Shown: positions 26,977 to 34,826 of the stretch, in pieces | Numbering within the stretch: the stretch's first letter is position 1 | Layout of the letters: each line of letters opens with the position of its first letter | Virus record (IMG/VR): IMGVR_UViG_3300025168_000036 | Strand: one strand, 5' to 3' | Source of the DNA: a virus | Length of the DNA: 64,000 bases | Notes under the pieces: generated by a model | Told to the model about the DNA's origin: nothing | Seen by the model: the letters and a program-made list of their open reading frames with translations, nothing else | The model's database searches: none | Made by a program: the position numbers and the translations under genes

Positions 26977-27817
26977 TTTTTAGCTCCTTAATAAGTGAAT
27001 GTGATCTCATACATGAAAGTATATGTGTTTCATTAATAGACTTTAAGTCTTTTAGCTTAATTAGTTGACTTTTTACTTCATTAAGCTTTATCTTTACAAT
27101 TTTATCATTAACCTTATTACTTAGTAGTGATATTGCCTTAGATATACTTTGTATTTCATCACTTACAACTTCTTTAAGTGAATTTGTATTTGATATATTT
27201 TCTATATATGCCCTAAGAAGTCTTTTCTGGCTTATACCTAGCTTTGCACCATACTTATCATTAAACTTTTCTAATAATATTTTATATGATAATATTCTTA
27301 GGTCTTTATCGTGCTTGGTAAGCTCATTTTGAACCTCATCAACCCTCTTCTTGTTTGGCTTTGATTCTGTAATGTTTTCTATAATAAAGTATCTAGAAGA
27401 CACTGTTTTTGCAGGATTTAGCCCATTTCCTTCAAGCATTCTCCATATCGATGCATTCATCTTATAAGTTGGCACCTTCGTTCTAAAAAAGTCTTCTATT
27501 ATATAACACCTTTTAATCTCCTTAATAAGATTGTATTTTTGCTTATTTAGTAAAGACTTATTTATCTTTTTATACTCAGAGATAACAGTATCAATAAGCC
27601 TTCCAGCCTTTTCACTGTTTGAAAACTTTGTCTTTTGTAGAGTTTGATATAATTCAAGCTCCCTGTTTAGTGATGTTCCTCTTCTAAAGAACTCTTTTAC
27701 TAGTGATACTGCTGGTGAATTCTCATTACCTAGCATCATATCATTAGTTATTTGTCTCACCAATAACTCAAACAGTATGCCTGTATTTTTGTATTTTGAA
27801 TGTCTGTCTCTGGCCAT
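26963..27817 (-). CDS. Conserved head-module protein
   Basis: 284 aa; HSKYKNTGILFELLVRQIT; AGGAG SD; between portal and protease. Confidence 0.85.
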   Translation of the reverse strand: MARDRHSKYKNTGILFELLVRQITNDMMLGNENSPAVSLVKEFFRRGTSLNRELELYQTLQKTKFSNSEKAGRLIDTVISEYKKINKSLLNKQKYNLIKEIKRCYIIEDFFRTKVPTYKMNASIWRMLEGNGLNPAKTVSSRYFIIENITESKPNKKRVDEVQNELTKHDKDLRILSYKILLEKFNDKYGAKLGISQKRLLRAYIENISNTNSLKEVVSDEIQSISKAISLLSNKVNDKIVKIKLNEVKSQLIKLKDLKSINETHILSCMRSHSLIKELKNVTK

Positions 27818-27849
27818 TAATCTCTCCTAAGTTATATATACTTATATGT

Positions 27850-27859
27850 TATAAATATC
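27850..27859 (-). promoter_or_regulatory. Class I promoter
   Basis: GATATTTATA, intergenic. Confidence 0.7.
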
Positions 27860-27867
27860 ATCTTATT

Positions 27868-29718
27868 TTATAAATTATCATCTATAAGGTTATTTTCGTT
27901 TAATAGGCCACTTTCGCCTTCTTGCTTATCATTAAATAGTGATCTTACTATTTTTTGATTATTTTCTCTAAAGTTATGTCTAATAGATCTATCTCTATTT
28001 TTATGATCTGATTTTCTCTTCTTTTTGCCTAATGGGTCTCTACCTCTTGCAGACTTATCTGTTCCTGGTTTTGCCCCATCCTTTGGCCTACCTTGACCTG
28101 GCTTATTCTCTGTCATTTCATCATCTGAAAAGAAATTAGTTACATCTGGTGCATCTGGTTCAAAACCACCGTCTTCTCCTTCGGGAGGCGTACCACCTTG
28201 CTGTAGTGCCCAATCAGTTGAAACAGATATCTTAGATACTTTAGGGTTATTTCCATCTTCAAGCTCATTGTGTAAAAATACCCTTTTTCTATCATCTTCA
28301 ACTTCCTTTCTGTTTCTATTCATCTCCTCTTCACTCATATTAAATATATTTTCATATATCCATTTCTCGCCTAACAGCTTTCCAGTTTGTATATCTGATG
28401 CTAATGTCACTTTACTAGACCATAGCTCTACTTGTTCTTGTTCATATATCTTAGAAGGATTAGTTAAGTTTAGTGAAAAGTTAACTAAGTCTTCTCCATC
28501 CATACCTTGTGAATGCAAATGCACTATTGCTATCTTAGTTAGCTCAGATGTTACTATCTTCTGTATTCTTTCTATTGTTCTTGCAAACCTTACATCCTCT
28601 GCAGCTAATGTTGCTTTCCCAGATGTTGACTCATCATACCCTAAAAATGCTTTTGGTATCTTTAGTGCAGCAAACATTCTGTTTCTTAGGTACTCAATAT
28701 CTTCAATGCCTCCAAACTCCATACCGGAAAGAGAGTCTATTTCTGTCCCACTTTGACCTCCTCTAACAGGTAAATAAAAGTCTTCCATCATATTTTGTAA
28801 ATTAAACTTAAGGTTATAATTACCAGTATCTTGGTCTATGAATGGAGTCTTTTTCATTGATGTCATAACTCTTTGCATGTATTGGTCTACCTCATTCGGT
28901 GGAATATTTCCAATATCAACCTTAAAAACTCTTTTCTCTGGAGCCCTCATAATTCTATGAATCATCATTGCATCTTCCATAAGAGTTAATTGCTTCCAGT
29001 TTTTTCTAGCACCTTCAAGCATAGACTTACCATAAGGTAAAAAGTTTGCATCACTTAGCATTCTAAGGTGAGCTATTTCATAATTTTCATATTTTACTGT
29101 ATTTGAATTTGATGCGCCGTAATTACCTGCACCTCCTAGTGATGGGTCGTGATGGAATAATACAGATTCAGGCTTAGAAGGGTCGAATCCTTCTTCTCTT
29201 AGCATCTCATAAGGTGTAATTGGAATTACATTAGTAACTCCATATTTTTCTGTTATATCTAGTTTAAGATAGAAGTCTCCATATTTAACTAAGTTTCTTA
29301 CCCATGGCCATAAATTAAATTCTATATTTAATATGTCATAGAATAAGTTATGTAATATCTTCTGAGTATCATCATTGGAACTCTTTATATTTAGTATATC
29401 ACCATACTCATTCTTCATTGTTGACTCATCAGCATAAATATCTAATGCAGAGGCAATAATAGAATCTTCATCCATCATTTCGTAGTCCGTAAATAGCTGT
29501 AACCTGTGTGTATGATAGTTTTGCTGAAAGTTATATCCTGTATTTCTAGATGAGGTATATAATCTATTAAATCTATCAACCAGCCTATTAGTTTCAAGGT
29601 TTGATGATTGAACTCTGTTTATATCTACTACTTTTAGCTTCTTTTCACCTGTTCTTCTGATTATACTACCAGTAGAAAATAGTGTTTGTAGCCTTCCAAA
29701 TAATGTTTTATCTGCCAT
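27868..29718 (-). CDS. gp20: Portal protein (T4 gp20-like)
   Basis: QLTLMEDAMMIHRIMRAPEKRVFKVDIGN, EDFYLPVRG, GTEIDSLSG, ALKIP. Confidence 0.95.
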   Translation of the reverse strand: MADKTLFGRLQTLFSTGSIIRRTGEKKLKVVDINRVQSSNLETNRLVDRFNRLYTSSRNTGYNFQQNYHTHRLQLFTDYEMMDEDSIIASALDIYADESTMKNEYGDILNIKSSNDDTQKILHNLFYDILNIEFNLWPWVRNLVKYGDFYLKLDITEKYGVTNVIPITPYEMLREEGFDPSKPESVLFHHDPSLGGAGNYGASNSNTVKYENYEIAHLRMLSDANFLPYGKSMLEGARKNWKQLTLMEDAMMIHRIMRAPEKRVFKVDIGNIPPNEVDQYMQRVMTSMKKTPFIDQDTGNYNLKFNLQNMMEDFYLPVRGGQSGTEIDSLSGMEFGGIEDIEYLRNRMFAALKIPKAFLGYDESTSGKATLAAEDVRFARTIERIQKIVTSELTKIAIVHLHSQGMDGEDLVNFSLNLTNPSKIYEQEQVELWSSKVTLASDIQTGKLLGEKWIYENIFNMSEEEMNRNRKEVEDDRKRVFLHNELEDGNNPKVSKISVSTDWALQQGGTPPEGEDGGFEPDAPDVTNFFSDDEMTENKPGQGRPKDGAKPGTDKSARGRDPLGKKKRKSDHKNRDRSIRHNFRENNQKIVRSLFNDKQEGESGLLNENNLIDDNL

Positions 29719-29727
29719 AATTTATTC

Positions 29728-31311
29728 CTATTTTATTAACCAAGTTAAGTCTTCGTCTGGGCCTTTATTTCCCATCTTCATCTTCCATGGGTCACTTGTT
29801 AAGTGGCTTGAGTTACTAAATCCTCCTGCACCAGTCTTGCCCATTAATCTTAGCGCATTCTTATTCATTGCCAATCCTTCGTTTCTCAGTTTTAGAGCTG
29901 AGTCTCTTACAAACAGTCCAATTGCGAAGGCCATTACCAAGTCATCATTATATCCACTTTGAGCTTCTGGCCTATTATTTTTCCAAATAAATACAGATAG
30001 CTCATCTAAGAGTCTTCTTGATCTTACTATAATGTCCTTTTCTCTAAAATAAATATCAAGCTTAGACACTAAAAGTGGTCTAGTCCTCGAAGAAGTTGTA
30101 AATCCTGGAACCATCTGAGACTTATCTTTTAAGTCGTATCCTTTTGTTAAATGTGTTGCAGAGTCAGTAACTCCTTCATGTTTATATGTATAATATAAAT
30201 TTTGGTAGTCTCTATCTATTGCCTGCTGTATTGCTGCCCACCCAACATTTGCGTTTTCTATAACTAGCAATGCATTATTCCATTCGGTAGCTACTGTAAC
30301 TAACATATTCCCAAAATCTTTTGTGCTTGGCTGACCTTTATATTCTGCAACTTGCTTTAAGCCTTGTATGTCTAATACATGAAATGTTGAATAGTCACTT
30401 CCATCTCCTCTAGATACATCAGCAACTACTACATAATCTTTTGAAAAGTCTGGGTATTCCCATATCCAATAATTGCCATCAACCCCTCTTCTTTCAGTAG
30501 GCTCTTCTGCATAGTTTTCTTTATACCATTCTAGTATTTTAGGTTCGACTACAGATGCACCAGAGCTAATAAAGTCACAGTCACATTCTTGCGCTGCCAT
30601 CTTAGGTCCTAGCAATCCGTCTTGTTTATCTCTCCAATCTTGTTCTCTCTCTGGGTGCAATGACCAGTGGAGCCTAATTGTATTAAAGTCGTTTTCGCCG
30701 TCTTCTGCCTTTACCCATGTTTTATGAAAGAAATTACCAACACCATTTGGTGTAGAAAGTATTATTGCCTTACCACCAGTTGCAAGTGTCTGTTGAGATG
30801 AAGCCCATATATCATCTATCCTATCAACAAATGCAGCCTCATCAATAATTAATAGCGAAAGTGCCTCTGATCTACCAGCATCTCCGCCAGATGATATTGC
30901 CTTAATTTGTGAGCCATTTGCAAACCTTAAACTTAGCTTATTATCTTCTATTGACTTATTCTTTAACCATGATGGTAAATACTGATGCATTGTTCTTACC
31001 TTCGTTACAAGGTTTTTTGCTACATCTTGCTTAGTTGCAATTACCAGACAGTTAAAGTCATCTTGAAAGATCATATGCCATAATGATATACCAGCTGACA
31101 GTGTTGATATTCCTAGCTGCCTAGACTTTAATATAATATTATAGTCATTTGTTGCAAACTCATCTATACACTTCTCTTGGAATGGGAAAAGATTAAATAG
31201 TATCTTTCCTTTTGTTGGGTGCTGTATATAACAATACTTGCGCATAAAGTGCACCGGATCAGTAGCACACTTTTGATATTCTTTAGCTATTAATTGTTTG
31301 ATATTCGACAT
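29728..31311 (-). CDS. terL: Terminase large subunit (T4 gp17-like)
   Basis: KSRQLGIST (Walker A), LIIDEAAF (Walker B), LSTPNG, nuclease ADVSRG...DYS and DDLVMA. Confidence 0.95.
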   Translation of the reverse strand: MSNIKQLIAKEYQKCATDPVHFMRKYCYIQHPTKGKILFNLFPFQEKCIDEFATNDYNIILKSRQLGISTLSAGISLWHMIFQDDFNCLVIATKQDVAKNLVTKVRTMHQYLPSWLKNKSIEDNKLSLRFANGSQIKAISSGGDAGRSEALSLLIIDEAAFVDRIDDIWASSQQTLATGGKAIILSTPNGVGNFFHKTWVKAEDGENDFNTIRLHWSLHPEREQDWRDKQDGLLGPKMAAQECDCDFISSGASVVEPKILEWYKENYAEEPTERRGVDGNYWIWEYPDFSKDYVVVADVSRGDGSDYSTFHVLDIQGLKQVAEYKGQPSTKDFGNMLVTVATEWNNALLVIENANVGWAAIQQAIDRDYQNLYYTYKHEGVTDSATHLTKGYDLKDKSQMVPGFTTSSRTRPLLVSKLDIYFREKDIIVRSRRLLDELSVFIWKNNRPEAQSGYNDDLVMAFAIGLFVRDSALKLRNEGLAMNKNALRLMGKTGAGGFSNSSHLTSDPWKMKMGNKGPDEDLTWLIK

Positions 31312-31327
31312 AAAATTACCTTAAGTT

Positions 31328-31359
31328 AATATAATAAAATTTATTGAAAAATAAAAATT
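31328..31359 (-). promoter_or_regulatory. Class II promoter of terminase
   Basis: AATTT(31359-31355)-N21-TATATT(31333-31328). Confidence 0.65.
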
Positions 31360-31365
31360 ATAGTA

Positions 31366-31764
31366 TTACTTTTTAGCTCTTTTTTCAAGTGATCTACCAC
31401 CAAAATAAGCACCAATAACTGTTATAAGTACCAATTGTAATAAGTCTGTCCACTTTTCTTCTACTACGAACTTAATAGAACCTGCATCAATAAATATCAT
31501 TAATACAGTACATACAACTAAAAATATTAACACTAATGGTCTTACATTTTTTGATAACCATGAATCAGAATTCATATCTGCAGACCAACGATCTGTAATG
31601 TTTTGCTCCATCTTTGCTTCATGGTTGGCAATTAATTCTTTCATCTTTCTTTTTGCTTCTAGCTTCTCTTCCTTAGATGTTGTTAGGTTATCTAGCACTC
31701 CACCTACACCTTTAACTAACTCATTAGCTCCTGAGCTAAATATTTTGCCTAAAATTCCTGACAT
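31366..31764 (-). CDS. Holin (3TM / GTA-type)
   Basis: RWSADMNSDSWLSKNVRP, two TM helices, AYFGGRSLEK. Confidence 0.8.
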   Translation of the reverse strand: MSGILGKIFSSGANELVKGVGGVLDNLTTSKEEKLEAKRKMKELIANHEAKMEQNITDRWSADMNSDSWLSKNVRPLVLIFLVVCTVLMIFIDAGSIKFVVEEKWTDLLQLVLITVIGAYFGGRSLEKRAKK

Positions 31765-31776
31765 AACTTCTCCTTT

Positions 31777-32337
31777 TTAGTATTCAAATGGTGGTGTGCC
31801 ATAGTCTTTTTGTTGAATACCATACCATGTGCTACCATTTAGGTAGTACCACCATCCATGCTTATTGTCTTCTATAATCTTAAACTTACCTTTTGGCAGA
31901 GGTGAATCTTTTTTAGAAGCTCTTGCAATGTATTTTAACACAGGGACTCCATCATCCCATGTCTTATCTGTTTTTCTAGCCATTACAGATTTTCTTTTAT
32001 CTGTATTTGTTGCTGTATACACTTTAAATGCTGGATCATCAGCTAAGAAAGACTTAAATACATCTTCATTAATTGACTCATCCATATCAATTGGCTCACC
32101 TTTAACAGCATCGTTAAATGTAGACTCAGCCTTTTGAACAATTTTATGCATCTTTATCAATGCATCCTTAAGCTTTTCTTTCTTCTTTGGGTCCTTTTCT
32201 GCTACAAAAGCTTTTCTAATCTTCTGTTGCTCCAACTGTACCTTTTGTAGTGCCTCAACTGCTTTAGTAAATCTCTTTGTCATAGAAATTTCTAGAACAT
32301 TCATTATTTCTTCTTTAATAATATCTTTTACATTCAT
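31777..32337 (-). CDS. Putative internal head protein (starts MNVKDIIKEEIMNVLE)
   Basis: 186 aa; two modules separated by MDESINE. Confidence 0.75.
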   Translation of the reverse strand: MNVKDIIKEEIMNVLEISMTKRFTKAVEALQKVQLEQQKIRKAFVAEKDPKKKEKLKDALIKMHKIVQKAESTFNDAVKGEPIDMDESINEDVFKSFLADDPAFKVYTATNTDKRKSVMARKTDKTWDDGVPVLKYIARASKKDSPLPKGKFKIIEDNKHGWWYYLNGSTWYGIQQKDYGTPPFEY

Positions 32338-32346
32338 AGCACTACC

Positions 32347-33345
32347 CTATATATTGTAGAATGACTTTTCCATATCTACTTTTTTAAGATCAGACTTAAA
32401 CCTTTTATACTTTGACTGAATGCCTCTAGCATATTCTAGCATTCTCTTTTTATAGTATTTCTCTTCAGACCACTCACCTTCTCCACCTTTTTCCATATCT
32501 TTCTTCTTGCCTATAGCCATAGCTTTTTCTTCTCTCATAAAGTATTCGAAGTCCCTCATGATATCATCATATGCACTAGATACTGTTCCTAGATAGCCAC
32601 CCCATCCTTGTCCAACCTTTCCTTTTTTAAGCATTGCAACTTTTACATCTAAAGACTTTTTATATTCCTGGTTGATCTTACTAACCATTTTTACAACCTG
32701 GTCTCCAGGTCCTGTATTAGCTAATCTGTCTCGTAATGCTTTTTCATATCTTGTTCTATTTTCTGCTGCAACCTTGCTTGCCGCTACTAGTGCAGTTGCA
32801 CCTTGTTTTGCAGCTGATCTATCTGCAGTCTTGCCTGATGTTGAGAAGTCTTTTGCAGCACCTTTATAATCTACATTCCACACTTCATCTGCTAGCTCAT
32901 TAAATCTTTTAAAGTTATTCATCTCCTTAGCATTAACCCCCATTTGTGAGTTACCACTTCTGTAGCCTGATCTCTTTGTAGTTGAGAAAGATTCTCTAGA
33001 TGTATATACTACCTTCTTTCCAATAGTAACGCCTATAAGATTAGGTCCATGTATAGTGTCATCCCAGGAATTTTTTGAGTATGGATTTTTTGCTGTCTTA
33101 TTAATAAAAAAGAAATTTATACCTTTACTAGTATCTGCGCCTTTCTTTGCAAAGTCATCAGTTACTTGGTCCCAAGCAATTCCGTGTGCATTATGTAGCA
33201 TCTGAAATACATCTTTATCTCTACCTCTTAACTTCTTACTTATTGTTGCAATATTCTTAGATGCAAACTTCTCTGTTAATAGGCCTTCTTTAATTAGCTC
33301 AACAAAGCTTTCTTTTATTAAACTTCTTAATTCTTTTTTATTCAT
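32347..33345 (-). CDS. Putative internal head protein (starts MNKKELRSLIKESF...LLTE)
   Basis: 332 aa; Lys-rich; class I promoter upstream. Confidence 0.75.
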   Translation of the reverse strand: MNKKELRSLIKESFVELIKEGLLTEKFASKNIATISKKLRGRDKDVFQMLHNAHGIAWDQVTDDFAKKGADTSKGINFFFINKTAKNPYSKNSWDDTIHGPNLIGVTIGKKVVYTSRESFSTTKRSGYRSGNSQMGVNAKEMNNFKRFNELADEVWNVDYKGAAKDFSTSGKTADRSAAKQGATALVAASKVAAENRTRYEKALRDRLANTGPGDQVVKMVSKINQEYKKSLDVKVAMLKKGKVGQGWGGYLGTVSSAYDDIMRDFEYFMREEKAMAIGKKKDMEKGGEGEWSEEKYYKKRMLEYARGIQSKYKRFKSDLKKVDMEKSFYNI

Positions 33346-33376
33346 CTCTATTTCCCTGTATGTTTTCTGTTATTAT

Positions 33377-33386
33377 AATAAATATC
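33377..33386 (-). promoter_or_regulatory. Class I promoter
   Basis: GATATTTATT, intergenic. Confidence 0.7.
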
Positions 33387-33389
33387 AGC

Positions 33390-33602
33390 TTAGTTCCAAA
33401 ATATTAGCTTACCTAGTATCCCTAACACAGCAATCCAAACAGACCATAATGCCCCATTTGCCTTCTTTCTAAAGTCTGTATTTCTATTAACTCTTGATAT
33501 TGTTCCATCATCTGGATCTAATAATCTTACTTTAATCTCTCTAATGTCTGCCTTAAGCTCTAATAGCTCGGCATGAAGTTGTTCGTTTGTTAGTCTCGCC
33601 AT
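33390..33602 (-). CDS. Small protein with coiled coil and C-terminal TM helix
   Basis: 70 aa; ALWSVWIAVLGILGKLIFW; GGAG SD. Confidence 0.75.
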   Translation of the reverse strand: MARLTNEQLHAELLELKADIREIKVRLLDPDDGTISRVNRNTDFRKKANGALWSVWIAVLGILGKLIFWN

Positions 33603-34162
33603 TTTTTAGCTCCGTCCTCTAATTCTTTTACTCGATTATTAAATATAGATTTTAACTCTTCTATGCCTTGACCTCCAGTCCACTTCTCGATACTTCCATC
33701 TTCAGTGACATATTTTTCACCTTCTCTTGTTGATAAAAATTCAACATACTCAGATTGTACATCAGCAATCCATGCATCAAAATTCTTTCCGTGTTCTCTT
33801 TTAAAGAACTCATCCCTTGTACCATCAATTATCATTCTGGTTTCCCACTTTACATGACAATGGAAGCAGTGCTTCATTAGGTTCCATGCACCTTTATCAA
33901 ATTTGTGCTTCATCCTAGTATTACACTTAGGGCAACTAATAGGTACTCGTAATACTTGCCTTGCTGCATCTAGCTTTGTAACATTTTGCTTTACACCATC
34001 CTGGATTGTCCATGTCTTTCCTCTTTCTGTCCAGACATCACCTTCTTGTTTTCTTAATCTTCTTGCTTTATAACCTGTTTGTATTTCTGTAGCTGAATTA
34101 TAGTTTCCTGTTGCCAGGTTTCTCATTCTACTTACTCTACTTTCTTTTATTGACTTTTTCAT
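33590..34162 (-). CDS. Hypothetical protein with zinc-binding motif
   Basis: GDVWTERGKTWTIQDG; CPKC...CFHC. Confidence 0.8.
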   Translation of the reverse strand: MKKSIKESRVSRMRNLATGNYNSATEIQTGYKARRLRKQEGDVWTERGKTWTIQDGVKQNVTKLDAARQVLRVPISCPKCNTRMKHKFDKGAWNLMKHCFHCHVKWETRMIIDGTRDEFFKREHGKNFDAWIADVQSEYVEFLSTREGEKYVTEDGSIEKWTGGQGIEELKSIFNNRVKELEDGAKKWRD

Positions 34163-34166
34163 ATAA

Positions 34167-34790
34167 CTATATTAAATCCTTTAATTTACCTAATATTAAA
34201 CCATCTGCCATTTCACCCTTCCCTTTTGGGTTCCACCAATCTTTTGGCTGGTTCTTTAGCCTTGCAGAGGTCTCTTTATTTCTTTGTGAGTATGATTGTA
34301 CTCCATCTTGTGCATTTGTTTTCATTCTTCTATGATAATTTTTTACTTTATCAAGATCATTTAGATTTGTTGGAGAATTCTGCTGTCTTCTATACTTACC
34401 GCTAGGTTCTGGAGTTCCTGCTTCTGGAGCATCCTCTGGTGAAAGTTGTCCTGCCCACGGCCAAGCCTCTTCATCTCCCGTTGATAGGCTTACATAATTT
34501 AAGCTTTCTGGGGGAATATGGTATGTATTATCACCATGACCTCTCCAAGTTCTTTGCTCTGGGCTTAGTGGTGGAGTATCATCTCTAAGCTCACCTGCAT
34601 GCTCCTCCTCACTGTCATATATTGAATCTGCAATAGGAAACTGAACTTGTGTCATCCCCTTACCTAAGCCAGATGGTGAGATGTGTCTCTCTCTTCCAGC
34701 CTTAACATATATACCATCAGGCCATGCATCACCACTCGGTAAGCCTACATCTGTAGGTGTATGTTCTAATATCTTTTTCAGCTTTATCAT
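34167..34790 (-). CDS. Putative internal head protein (starts MIKLKKILE), Pro/Gly-rich
   Basis: 207 aa; class I motif 4 nt upstream; ends KLKDLI, echoing the N-terminal tag. Confidence 0.7.
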   Translation of the reverse strand: MIKLKKILEHTPTDVGLPSGDAWPDGIYVKAGRERHISPSGLGKGMTQVQFPIADSIYDSEEEHAGELRDDTPPLSPEQRTWRGHGDNTYHIPPESLNYVSLSTGDEEAWPWAGQLSPEDAPEAGTPEPSGKYRRQQNSPTNLNDLDKVKNYHRRMKTNAQDGVQSYSQRNKETSARLKNQPKDWWNPKGKGEMADGLILGKLKDLI

Positions 34791-34794
34791 ATAA

Positions 34795-34804
34795 TATAAA
34801 TATC
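34795..34804 (-). promoter_or_regulatory. Class I promoter, probably leaderless transcript
   Basis: GATATTTATA 4 nt before ATG. Confidence 0.7.
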
Positions 34805-34826
34805 TTCTTTTAACTTAAAAGTGTTA

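Noticed and set aside
3077-31498. Intragenic class I motif copies (3077, 18853, 29433, 31489)
   Set aside because: Inside coding sequence and far from starts; some are expected by chance in AT-rich DNA, so not called as promoters
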